From: Rebecca billardiae RCC1528
Lineage: Eukaryota > Protista > Haptophyta
Direction: 5' to 3'
Assembly: GCA_965240325.2 (NCBI GenBank)
Contig: OZ251230.1
Span: 1,612,001 to 1,676,000 of the forward strand
DNA length: 64,000 nucleotides
Both the position numbers and the translations under genes were made by a program. Below, in pieces: positions 49,315 to 60,172 of this stretch. How positions within the stretch are numbered: position 1 is the stretch's first letter; each line of letters opens with the position of its first letter. The notes under the pieces were generated by a model, which did no database searches, was not told where the DNA came from, and worked only from the letters and a program-made list of their open reading frames with translations.

Positions 49315-49723
49315 CGACTCTGCTGTGGTTAGATCATTCATCATTGGCAGCGGTACAATATACTGATGATGATTGTCTGCTGGGCACTCTGCTGCTACTA
49401 AGAGGTCTGAGTCTAAGACTTCAACTTGACTAAGAGGACGACGCGATTATACAGTTTACTAAGAATAATACGAGACGCACACTCCAAGTTAGCTCAGGCA
49501 GGCGAGATTGACGCCCGAATTATTCGATCCACCAAGAACGCCCGTCGGCCCCGCGGCCGGGCGCCAGCCCGGCGCGGACGCCACATCTGATTAGCTAGTA
49601 ATCCGATAGTAGTCAGCACGCGGAAATAGTACGTCGTATATATCTGAGCTTATTACCATCATATATCGCCCTCTACTGGCTCTACTCACCGCCCTCTCAC
49701 TCTCAGTCAGAGGCTGCTGGCTA

Positions 49724-51445
49724 TAGGGGGGCCAAAGAGGCACTGTAGCGTTACTGACGGCCACGAGCGCGCGTCCTAGCGAGTGTTTAGAGCTGATTTC
49801 GGGCTGGATCATTTGCCCTCTGGAGGGGTCTGGGCCGGCCATGTAAAAAAATCAGGTGCACATACCCTGAATATAGGGCGTAACGGCTAGCATGTTTACT
49901 TATTAGAATGAGCCTGAACTTATTGGAAACGGCATGTAACGGCCGTCCTATATGTGACATATAGACCATGTCGACCTCACTTTGATAGAGCATCTCAGCG
50001 AGATCGTTCTGAGTCCCCAGCAGCAGCAGGTCCCAACATGCGATATAGGCTGTGTACTGGCAGGCTGTCAAATATGTAGTTTCGATCCTGGAAGCCACTG
50101 GTCGTTACATACCCACCGTGTATATAGCCGCCATGCTGATGAATACAGTCTCGCCTGATCTCGAGCTGCGAGATACGTTTTCAGACTGTGTATACTCGGC
50201 CACGCGTACGGCATATTGCAGACATGATGGACCCAAAGCACCGGCCCCACGTCCTCAGCCCGGGAGTGCTCTCCGTCATAGTCAAGGTTTAAAGTCACCC
50301 GAGCCAACCGCCACCGCTCCCTGGCCGAGACCTACGAGGCAGGTCAAATCTGTCGTCGTCGCAGTGCGGCACAGTGCCGAGCATGCGATTCGGCAGCAAA
50401 CGCCTGCTCCAGGCGGTGGCTGGCGTCTCTGCACCAAACCAGGCTGGATGGGATCGGTCCATATAGGTACGCCCTACCCTGTTCCGCGCTATTTCTGGGC
50501 TTTGGGGCGGATATTCGGCCTACAGAGGCTGATCCGGCGTTGTTCGGCGCTCCTGGCTGGCTGCGCGGAGCCCAACGGCAAGCGCCGGCGTGTGCAAGGT
50601 GTCAAGATTGAGACGGTCTCTGACGCTCCCGCCGGTCTTGGGCGCACCAGGGTGCATGGGGGCCCATCTGCATCTGCTTCTGCAGGCATGAGCGTCACAG
50701 GGGCGCGCTTGCAGGCACGGTCCAGTGCTAGTCGGACCTGTCGAATGAGCCAACCGCTGCCTGCGAGCACGTCCGCGACGTCCTGAGAGGCAAATGGGAG
50801 GCGTCCCGACGCCATCAGCGGGCACACGTGACCCATACCCAACGTGCTGACCATCGCAAGTGCCACGGCAGGTGCAAACACGGGCCCTACGAGCGGAAGA
50901 TGGCAGTTGCGGGCTCCGCGGAGGTGTTGCGCGCGAGCTCGCGCCGGTCTGCTGACGGCGATTCCGGCGCAGTAGGGCAGGTTAGGCGAGTTGACCATGC
51001 ACATACATACCTAGACACCTGCTCCGAGCACCGATCTCACCACTCCGAGTTGATCATGACCCACACCGAGCGGTAGCGTGAGAGGCGCACGCAGCGCGCC
51101 AATTCAAGCCGCCCGACGCGCGCCGCGCACGGCGCGAGGTGGCCAAGAAGCGGGTGGTGAGCCGCTGGTGGCGCAAAGGCACGGGTCAGTAGCGCCCACC
51201 AGCGTCACGCGCGCGCGCACCCGAGACCATCTCGGCGTCTCAGAGGTCGCGAGCGCGCGGCGGTCCACTGCCTCCGGCCGCTCGTCTGGAGCGGAACCGA
51301 GCTCTGAGCGCCCGAAGGCGTCGGAGCTCGATTTTCGAGCGGGGTCCGAGAAAAAGGCTCCGCGCCACCCTAAAAGCCCGAGGGCGGAGCGAAAATGCGC
51401 CGCGGCTTTGATTTTCTTTTTTAAATGGGCGGTTTGGCCCCCCTA
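49724..51445. mobile_element. hAT-like non-autonomous or decayed DNA transposon, 13-bp TIRs, 7-bp TSD
   Basis: TIR TAGGGGGGCCAAA (49724-49736) / TTTGGCCCCCCTA (51433-51445). Direct repeat CTGGCTA lies immediately outside both ends (49717-49723, 51446-51452). The left interior is lower in GC than host genes. Confidence 0.8.
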
Positions 51446-51846
51446 CTGGCTACCGCGGACCATCGTCTCCGGATCGTCCGGCCCGTCCGGTCGGTCTCAT
51501 TAGCCTCAGGTCTGAACTGAATATAACTGTTACCATAGCTATCATCATCGTCTACTTTTAAAATTCCAAAGCGGGATCAGCTGCTGACCCGAACTCATCA
51601 CGACGAACAAATCTGAACCAAGCCTTGACATCTCGGCCGCATTTCGCACGGTGCCACGGCCGGGCGGGCGCGTGATGATGGCTATGCGCTCAAGCGCGCC
51701 CCCTGCGTCGCCGGCGGTGGCGGCTCGCAGTCGCACGCGGGTGGCACGTCGTGTGCACCGACCGCCGAATCACTCACGCTCCGAGTCTCGTCGACGGCGA
51801 GCGGCATGCCCATCGCATCTGCTGCCGCGTGCGTGCTGATGCTGGG

Positions 51847-52599
51847 TCATCGTCCGTCGTAATCGTCCCACTGAGATGCTTGAAATGTGCAGTGCTCAGC
51901 TGATGGTTGCAGCACAGTCTCTGCAAAACGCCTGCCAGTCATACTCCGTTCCCGTGGCCAATACGTCCCATTGTAGTTCATGTGCAACACTTTTGTGAAC
52001 GTGCAGTTGTGCACACCAAGCCACCTTCTCAGGTCGTTGAATTTCTCGACGGAGAAGTCCTCTGTCGTGATTGTTTGCTGGCGGTGGGATGGGAGTCGAG
52101 CAGCTATCTCCTCCAGTTGCTCTTGGGAACGCATGATAGCATTCAAAGCTTCCGTTCCATTACGATGCCTGTAAAAGGCAGACGCAGCTTGGGCTGCTGT
52201 GTCCACGCGCATGTTGAAGATGAACTTGGAAGTGGGCAGCATGCTAGCCAGGTGCAAAACATGCACAGGGGTATGTCTAATCTCCTTGAATCCTCGAATG
52301 AGCGCAGGTGGAGTCGCCACGTCGCCACGTAGGGCAGCAATGGAGGCACACAGGGCATCCACTTGTGCCTGGTGGTCAACAATGCGCTTAAACGCCGCAC
52401 CCCCGGCGTTTCTGGTCAAGTCCCCGTGCCGCCGGGAGCTGGGTGGATGTAGCATGTCGAAGAAATGGCCAACCAGGTTCATGTTCTCTCCGGAGAGTGC
52501 CACGAACGGCAATAAATTGAGCTGTGTCATGACCGTGGTCGACCCCGACCGCCCAGTCGCCAAGATGAAGAGCCAGTAGACGTCCCTGCACCCGTACAT
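51847..52599 (-). CDS. Sulfotransferase (Sulfotransfer_3/Stf0/NodH-like)
   Basis: LFILATGRSGSTTVMTQLN (5'-PSB), ALSGEN, IRGFKEIRH, KFIFNMR...AQAASAFY (3'-PB). Start uncertain; the ORF is open to 52725. Confidence 0.75.
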   Translation of the reverse strand: MYGCRDVYWLFILATGRSGSTTVMTQLNLLPFVALSGENMNLVGHFFDMLHPPSSRRHGDLTRNAGGAAFKRIVDHQAQVDALCASIAALRGDVATPPALIRGFKEIRHTPVHVLHLASMLPTSKFIFNMRVDTAAQAASAFYRHRNGTEALNAIMRSQEQLEEIAARLPSHRQQTITTEDFSVEKFNDLRRWLGVHNCTFTKVLHMNYNGTYWPRERSMTGRRFAETVLQPSAEHCTFQASQWDDYDGR

Positions 52600-52976
52600 C
52601 CTAGAAGCCTTCGGAGCTGCACCTCGCGCGCCTGCGCCCGCGCGCTCCAGACTCGTCTCCACGGACGTGCCGTGTCGTCCCTTCGAGTTCTCAGGCACGC
52701 GGCTTGGCGCCCGATGAGTTTGCAATCAGCGGACTCTCTCACGCCCTCATCAGCGAGGGTGCGAAGCCCTCCATACCCCGGGCCCGGGCCGGCGCCAGCC
52801 CTCCAATCAGCTCTCGAGTTGGTCGAATAATCAAAGGATTACAGGTTTTTAAATTTCCCCTTTAATAACGGGCTCCGGGTGATCAGGCTGGCGGCCGAAG
52901 CCTCCAGCCCTCGCATCGGCGCCCAGTCGGCGAGTTCGGACGACGACGTTTTGTGGACGACGGTGGGGCGAGGACG

Positions 52977-53153
52977 ACGGGCGCTGGCGCGCCGCGAGGC
53001 GGCCGCAGCCCTCATCCAGGCCTCGCAGGCGGACGGCTGAACGAATTTTTCCGGCGGCGCTACCATCGGCGACGGCTTCATGGGCGGTGACAGTTGGCGG
53101 GCGTCAATCTCGCCTGCCTGAGCTGTGTGCGTCTCTTATTCTTAGTAAACTGT
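52977..53153 (+). repeat. Dispersed ~180-bp repeat, copy 2 (copy 1 at 12487-12675)
   Basis: See copy 1. Confidence 0.85.
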
Positions 53154-53524
53154 ACCCTGGCCAGCCCCCAACCAACCACCACCCTCACCCAACCTCAAAC
53201 CACTCACCGAGACACCTAGTGTCTTGACACCACTCCACTGTGGACAGCCCGCCTCCAGAGGGGGCGGGGGTATGCCATTGCCAACAGCATACAAGCCCAA
53301 CACTGTGGCGGGTGGTCCCAGGCCACAAGCAGTGCACGGCCTTGTCAATTCAAGATCATCGAGTTTGAGCCGAGTCGGCAGAAGGGGCACCCCCTAGGGT
53401 GCCCCAGTGTGGGCAGAGGGCCAGCCAAAAAAATGACGCGTCATATCTTCAGCATCGATAGGCGATGTTACAAGTACAACTACAATAAGCGTCGCGTCGC
53501 GGCTGCTGATACTGTGACTGCTGC

Positions 53525-54196
53525 TCAGAAGAGGTGCTCGAGTGGCTTGAAGAGCGCAGGCGTGATCTGCGTGATCGGCGTCTTGAAGAGCGCCTCCTCC
53601 ACCACGTACGCCAGCACCGCGAGCATCGCCAACCGGCCGTTGTTCACCTCGGACGCCTGCAGCGCGCGAGACTGCGAGCCGAGCGCTCCCGCTGCCTGCA
53701 GGCCGAGCGGGTCGCCAAAGTCGCCGGGGATCCACGTCTCGCCCTGCTCCGCCTTGCGCTGCAGCGAGTTGCCGTCCACCAGGCCGATCGCCAACGCCGT
53801 CGCCGCCACCACCAGCGGGATCGCGCCCTGCTCGAGGCCGCCGTTCAGCACGGACGGAGAGCGCCCCTCGGTCTCGGTGAGCAGCAGCGGCACGTGGAGC
53901 GCGCGGGAGAGCGCCGGGTGGAGGAGCTCCTGCACGGGCCATGCTAGCGCGGCGAGCATCGCAAGACGGCCGTGCCGAAGCTCCGCCTCGCGGTAGTCAC
54001 GCAGCACGTACGCGGCCGAGCGGTCCTTGTCGTTCGCCGAGCCGAGGTTGAGGTCGACCGCCGCCAGGTTGAGCGGGTCGAAGCCGTAGTCCGCGACCAT
54101 CGAGCCGTCGAGCGCGGGCGAGCGTGTGCTCACCATCAGCGGCGTGCCCACCTTGGGCGAGACGACGGACAGCGAGGCGGTCACGAGCGAGAACAT
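53525..54196 (-). CDS. Chlorophyll a/c light-harvesting protein (Lhcz-like), copy A, 223 aa
   Basis: DYGFDPLNL, YREAELRHGRLAMLA, WPVQE...GRSPSVLNGGL (Lhcz-type insert), PGDFGDPLGL, EVNNGRLAMLA. Confidence 0.92.
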   Translation of the reverse strand: MFSLVTASLSVVSPKVGTPLMVSTRSPALDGSMVADYGFDPLNLAAVDLNLGSANDKDRSAAYVLRDYREAELRHGRLAMLAALAWPVQELLHPALSRALHVPLLLTETEGRSPSVLNGGLEQGAIPLVVAATALAIGLVDGNSLQRKAEQGETWIPGDFGDPLGLQAAGALGSQSRALQASEVNNGRLAMLAVLAYVVEEALFKTPITQITPALFKPLEHLF

Positions 54197-54418
54197 CGTC
54201 GGCGTGCGGGCGGAGGGGATGGACGGCGCGACGGCGCGTGCTCTGGAAGGTCGGCAGCCAAGCTGGTCCTGGACCGTTGCCGCGACGCTGGAGTCTTCGT
54301 CTTCGCGAAAGCTCGCTGCTCGCCACCCGAAATCCTCGCCAAGTCCAGCTCGCCATTGGCCACTGGGCGGCACTGGCGAGCTCCCGGGACTTGCCGATTT
54401 TTGGTGTGGAGCCGCAGG

Positions 54419-54931
54419 ATGGCGGCCGCATTTCACGACGTTCGCCTGCCAGAGGAGCCAGACATGGACGAGAGTCCACGCAGCGCGCGCTGGTTGCTCC
54501 GCGATCCTGACGGGAAAGTCTCACCCGGCGACGTCATCCAATTTCGGCAGCTACTCTCGGGGGCGGGTGAGTTCGAGGGCTTATGCTTTGCTGGCGAGCC
54601 AGAAGAGGCGGACTCTGGCGCACTGGTGGTGCCTCTCCTGTGGAGCGACATCGAGTCGCCGGTCTTCCCGCGCGCCGTGGTAGATCTCGATGGCGCGGGC
54701 GTGAGTGGTCTGCGGGCCCGATACGAGTGGGCGCTCAACGCCGCCTTGCAAGCTCAGCAACCGAAGTACACTCTGGACGACATCTTCGGCGGCGCTGCTG
54801 AGGAGTTCTGGAACGAGCCCGACGTCGAGCGAGAGCCGCGGCATGCCGGGCAGCCGGAGGAGCTCGGGCCAACGAGACTGATCGATCTTCCTGCGTGCAA
54901 CGTGGTGACAAGCCGGGTGGATGGCCTCTAG
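54419..54931 (+). CDS. Hypothetical acidic protein, 170 aa
   Basis: ATG-initiated ORF with normal globular composition, unlike the R/A-rich shadow ORFs; divergent from LHC copy A. No family recognised. Confidence 0.5.
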   Translation: MAAAFHDVRLPEEPDMDESPRSARWLLRDPDGKVSPGDVIQFRQLLSGAGEFEGLCFAGEPEEADSGALVVPLLWSDIESPVFPRAVVDLDGAGVSGLRARYEWALNAALQAQQPKYTLDDIFGGAAEEFWNEPDVEREPRHAGQPEELGPTRLIDLPACNVVTSRVDGL

Positions 54932-55644
54932 TCGGCGTGATGACGACGATTTGAAAATCAGGATTCGAATGCCGGCGGACTACAGTCACTCAGCTGGTGA
55001 GTCAGCAGCCGTCACGGAGCAGTCCCAGCCTGCATATTGTCATGTGGTGCCTGCAAAGGAATGGTGCCAGCGTATCATGATGAGTCGCGGGAGTGTCTGC
55101 TGCACTTGCTGAGTGCTCAATCCGGCTCCGCTGCTGATGACGACGATATTGATATTCACGCCTCACCCTCCCCGTTACGGCCACACGGCCCGGGCGGCCG
55201 CAGCAGTGCGGCGGTGCCCGGGCCCGCGGGCGCGCGGGTCCGTCGTGAGTCTGAGTCACTTTTATTTACCGCGCGGGTTGCAGCAGTCCGCTGCCTGGCG
55301 TGGCCTACTTATATGAGGGCCTGACTAGTTAGTAGTTACTCAGACCACGACACTGGTACTCGGCACGTTTACTCAGCCGCTCCGGAGCCATAGATCGGCG
55401 CGCGTGCTTTGAGTGAGACCTGTGCTGGCAGCGTTGACTGCTGAGCCAGTGGCCGCCGGGTACTACTGACTTTGATGTCAATATTACGACTGAGAGAGAG
55501 AGAGAGAGAGATATACACACACACACACACACATATATATATACATATATATATACATATTGTATCGCAGTAGACTCTGAGTCTGATCACTGATGCTAAG
55601 ACTGGTCCGCGTGTCGGTACCGCGTCTGCGGGCCGAATCGAAGC

Positions 55645-55761
55645 CGGACAGCCCCGCGGGCAGACTAGGCTTCTAGTTACTCGGTGATTGCCTTCTACTA
55701 TGATGCGGACAGCCCCGCGGGCAGACTAGGCTTCTAGTTACTCGGTGATTGCCTTCTACTA
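55645..55761 (+). repeat. 56-bp direct repeat x2 (period 61)
   Basis: CGGACAGCCCCGCGGGCAGACTAGGCTTCTAGTTACTCGGTGATTGCCTTCTACTA at 55645-55700 and 55706-55761, followed by (CT)n. Confidence 0.9.
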
Positions 55762-55771
55762 AGTACTATGA

Positions 55772-55827
<56 letters not shown>

Positions 55828-55994
55828 GCTACGTACTGTGGCGACCGTGTCGAACCTTTTGAAATCTTCCGAGACTCAGTTAGTGAGTTAGGTTTGTTTC
55901 AATAGTAGGCGACACGAGTCCGGCCGGCCTGCCGTGCGCTGTGCTGTGACGGCGCGCTGATGTGTAGCTACGCGACGTGGTAGTAAGCCTATGC

Positions 55995-56666
55995 TCAGAA
56001 GAGGTGCTCGAGTGGCTTGAAGAGCGCAGGCGTGATCTGCGTGATCGGCGTCTTGAAGAGCGCCTCCTCCACCACGTACGCCAGCACCGCGAGCATCGCC
56101 AACCGGCCGTTGTTCACCTCGGACGCCTGCAGCGCGCGAGACTGCGAGCCGAGCGCTCCCGCTGCCTGCAGGCCGAGCGGGTCGCCAAAGTCGCCGGGGA
56201 TCCACGTCTCGCCCTGCTCCGCCTTGCGCTGCAGCGAGTTGCCGTCCACCAGGCCGATCGCCAACGCCGTCGCCGCCACCACCAGCGGGATCGCGCCCTG
56301 CTCGAGGCCGCCGTTCAGCACGGACGGAGAGCGCCCCGCGGTCTCGGTGAGCAGCAGCGGCACGTGGAGCGCGCGGGAGAGCGCCGGGTGGAGAAGCTCC
56401 TGCACGGGCCATGCTAGCGCGGCGAGCATCGCAAGACGGCCGTGCCGAAGCTCCGCCTCGCGGTAGTCACGCAGCACGTACGCGGCCGAGCGGTCCTTGT
56501 CGTTCGCCGAGCCGAGGTTGAGGTCGACCGCCGCCAGGTTGAGCGGGTCGAAGCCGTAGTCCGCGACCATCGAGCCGTCGAGCGCGGGCGAGCGTGTGCT
56601 CACCATCAGCGGCGTGCCCACCTTGGGCGAGACGACGGACAGCGAGGCGGTCACGAGCGAGAACAT
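55995..56666 (-). CDS. Chlorophyll a/c light-harvesting protein (Lhcz-like), copy B
   Basis: Same 223-aa protein as copy A except ETAGR vs ETEGR. Confidence 0.92.
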   Translation of the reverse strand: MFSLVTASLSVVSPKVGTPLMVSTRSPALDGSMVADYGFDPLNLAAVDLNLGSANDKDRSAAYVLRDYREAELRHGRLAMLAALAWPVQELLHPALSRALHVPLLLTETAGRSPSVLNGGLEQGAIPLVVAATALAIGLVDGNSLQRKAEQGETWIPGDFGDPLGLQAAGALGSQSRALQASEVNNGRLAMLAVLAYVVEEALFKTPITQITPALFKPLEHLF

Positions 56667-56887
56667 CGTCGGCGTGCGGGCGGAGGGGATGGACGGCGCG
56701 TGCTCTGGAAGGTCGGCAGCCAAGCTGGTCCTGGACCGTTGCCGCGACGGGAGTTTTCGTCGTCGTCCTCCCGCTGCAGAGAGCTTCGCGAAGACGAAGA
56801 CTCCCGTCGCGGCAACGGTCCAGGACCAGCTTGGCTGCCGACCTTCCAGAGCACGCGCCGTCCATCCCCTCCGCCCGCACGCCGACG

Positions 56888-57559
56888 ATGTTCTCGCTCG
56901 TGACCGCCTCGCTGTCCGTCGTCTCGCCCAAGGTGGGCACGCCGCTGATGGTGAGCACACGCTCGCCCGCGCTCGACGGCTCGATGGTCGCGGACTACGG
57001 CTTCGACCCGCTCAACCTGGCGGCGGTCGACCTCAACCTCGGCTCGGCGAACGACAAGGACCGCTCGGCCGCGTACGTGCTGCGTGACTACCGCGAGGCG
57101 GAGCTTCGGCACGGCCGTCTTGCGATGCTCGCCGCGCTAGCATGGCCCGTGCAGGAGCTCCTCCACCCGGCGCTCTCCCGCGCGCTCCACGTGCCGCTGC
57201 TGCTCACCGAGACCGCGGGGCGCTCTCCGTCCGTGCTGAACGGCGGCCTCGAGCAGGGCGCGATCCCGCTGGTGGTGGCGGCGACGGCGTTGGCGATCGG
57301 CCTGGTGGACGGCAACTCGCTGCAGCGCAAGGCGGAGCAGGGCGAGACGTGGATCCCCGGCGACTTTGGCGACCCGCTCGGCCTGCAGGCAGCGGGAGCG
57401 CTCGGCTCGCAGTCTCGCGCGCTGCAGGCGTCCGAGGTGAACAACGGCCGGTTGGCGATGCTCGCGGTGCTGGCGTACGTGGTGGAGGAGGCGCTCTTCA
57501 AGACGCCGATCACGCAGATCACGCCTGCGCTCTTCAAGCCACTCGAGCACCTCTTCTGA
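56888..57559 (+). CDS. Chlorophyll a/c light-harvesting protein (Lhcz-like), copy C
   Basis: Protein identical to copy B; right arm of the palindrome. Confidence 0.92.
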   Translation: MFSLVTASLSVVSPKVGTPLMVSTRSPALDGSMVADYGFDPLNLAAVDLNLGSANDKDRSAAYVLRDYREAELRHGRLAMLAALAWPVQELLHPALSRALHVPLLLTETAGRSPSVLNGGLEQGAIPLVVAATALAIGLVDGNSLQRKAEQGETWIPGDFGDPLGLQAAGALGSQSRALQASEVNNGRLAMLAVLAYVVEEALFKTPITQITPALFKPLEHLF

Positions 57560-57731
57560 GCATAGGCTTACTACCACGTCGTGACACATCGGCGTGGCAG
57601 GGACGACTTGTCGTTAGTAGTAGTAGTGACTCCCTTGTAGCCTCTTGTTGACGACTGCGCGCTGTCGCCTGCTACCATTTGCCAAAAGTCGTACAGCTGT
57701 ACTGAGAAATCCAATTACATACGAATAATCA

Positions 57732-57968
57732 GCATGCATGCATGCATGCATGCATGCATGCATATGCATATGCATATATATATACATATATATATATATG
57801 TATATATATATATACATATATATATATATTGTTTTTACCGTCGTCGTGCGACCGTCAATGATGATCAACTATACTGCGTCTGCTGCTGGTCCTGGTGAGC
57901 CTGCGTCCCGCTGCTGGGCGCTGCTGGGCGCAGTCCGCATGTGAAATTGATTATGCACGACATGAACT

Positions 57969-58012
<44 letters not shown>

Positions 58013-58162
58013 TATATATATATGTGTGTGTATACACACATATATATACATATATATCTATATCTATATGTATATCTATATCTATATCTATATCTATATC
58101 TCTATCTCTATCTCTATCTCTATCTCTATCTCTATCTCTATCTCTATCTCTATCTCTATATA
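57732..58162. repeat. Microsatellite cluster (ATGC)n, (TA)n, (TG)n, (TATCTC)n
   Basis: Directly visible tracts at 57732-57829 and 57969-58162. Confidence 0.92.
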
Positions 58163-58466
58163 GTTATGAGGAGATGCATGAGCGCGCTGACGAAGTACGT
58201 GCGCGTGATGCCACTACTGATGATGTAGATCACTGCATCATGATGATGCTGATGCTGCGCGCTGATAGATCTGATGCGCGCAGATAGCACTAATAGCAGC
58301 ACGCTGCACGGGCCACGGCGCAGCCACTCAGTCACTCAGAGTGATTCGGCGGCCGGCAGATCGAAAAGTTAATACTAAGACTACTGTACGGCGGTAACGT
58401 CTTAGCAGCAGAGAATCGACGGTAGCGCGCGCGGTCCCGCGCCGATGAACGAGTTGTAGTAATTAT

Positions 58467-58650
58467 GGCCCGCGGTGCAGGGCGGAGCGCGCAGCGTGGA
58501 GCCCGCACTGCGGGCCCGAACCACGTTTCAAAAAGATCTTTGATCAAAGAAAAAAGGGACGGGGCGGTGTTTTCCAGAGTGGAGGAGACCGAGTTTCGAT
58601 TTTTTGAGACCTCCTCACACATGGATTAGCTTCGAAAAAGGACGCGTCCG
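58467..58650. mobile_element. End of a putative TIR DNA transposon (AT|GGCCCGCGG...); same family as 615-822
   Basis: Inverted match to 615-822. The partner end for this copy was not found downstream. Confidence 0.55.
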
Positions 58651-59895
58651 CCGTCTTGAATAGTGGACAGAGGAATCAACGAAACCCACGCCCAAGTGTG
58701 CGAGGCTGGGTAATTATGGGTAGACTCTCGTTAATGTACAATAGTGCGAGACATTGAAAACTATCCGCCGCAGCTATCCGTATATATAGTCGGCCCCGCT
58801 GGCGGCCGCGATTCGTTCGGGTGCAAGTTCAAGTGTGAAGTGGTGAATCCGGGAGACGCGGCGTCGCGAAGGCGCCCCTCGCGCCCCTTGCCGAGCCGAC
58901 CCCCCGGCCGCCCGGGGGCGGGCTGCTGGGCGCACGAGCGCGAGCTGGCCACCGGCGTGAAGCCGAGGTGGAGCCAACTCGTCCTTCAGCTCGCAGGCGG
59001 CCCGGCTCCTGCGGCCGACCGCCCTGCTCGCGCATCCGCCCGGTGCCTCGGCCTGCTTTCTTTGGCGCGGAGGCAAAACCGTACGGCCTAGCCCGCCGCC
59101 GCCACGCGGCGGCCAGTCGGGGTGTCGTGTCGCGATTTACGGGTGCGCGCCTCGCGGGGCAGGCGGCGCTGTCCCGCCCGAGCGGTTCCGACCCCCGAAA
59201 TTCCCTCGCAAGCGCCCGCGAACGCGGATCCTCGCCGCGGGCTCGCCGGGGCCCATGTGCGTCACCCGGGTGCCCCTGTCGAGCCAGTCTGGTGCGAGCA
59301 CCGAAGGATGGTGCGGGCCGGGAGGCGTGGTGCGCGACGCCACCGAGGCCGCGGGCCAGCTAGGCACCGCTTGCGCGCCCACCAGTAGCCTGTGGGCCGA
59401 CCACGCGTTCAACCGTGGCACCCGATGGCAGTCACGGTGCTCTGCGGCTGGAGCGCGCTGTGCGCTCAGACGCGAGCGGCCGCCAAGTTGCCGGGTAGAC
59501 GCCGTGCGCACGCTCTGGCAGCTGCGGATCAGTATCCTGCGAAGCTCTGCTGCCCCCACCTGAATGCTCGCACCACCCACCACGCGGCCAGCCGGCCGCG
59601 CGCGCCGCGCGGCCACCTCACCCGACAACTGCGAGCCTTGGGATACTGCGCGTATATTGTGTGCTCAACGTGGGTGACACAGCTGCGCCGCGGGCCCCCA
59701 ACTACGTTGGTTCTGACGGAAGAGGACCGCGGAACGCGGTCATCATCATCAGCATCGTCGCATATACGCACACGCAGCTGATGAATTATTAGCAGCGGTA
59801 ACTCACAGTGACGTCAACTTGTCTCACGTTACACGTAACGTAGTCAGTGACTATACAGCAATTACAGGCGGCGGTATACCAGATAGCAGTCACAG

Positions 59896-60030
<135 letters not shown>

Positions 60031-60172
60031 AGGCACAATGGACCGCAGACCGCTCGCCCGCTCGGGCGAGCCGGGAGCTGCTTACGTTCCGTCTCGAACG
60101 CACAGCCAGCGCGGGCGCGTTGCCATGCGACGGCGCGCGCAGCTATCACGGCGGCGCCGCGCCGTCGCGCAC

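Larger units (their letters stand above)
55973..57581. repeat. Long palindrome: 789-bp inverted arms with ~31-bp spacer
   Basis: 55973-56761 is the reverse complement of 56793-57581; only two mismatches seen (near 56394 and 56755). Confidence 0.95.

Noticed and set aside
53384-53405. GGGGCACCC/GGGTGCCCC hairpin as a Helitron 3' end
   Set aside because: No CTRR terminus at the expected distance on either strand and no matching 5' end.
55645-55761. CRISPR-like array
   Set aside because: Only two 56-bp units with a 5-bp gap, no cas genes, eukaryotic context.
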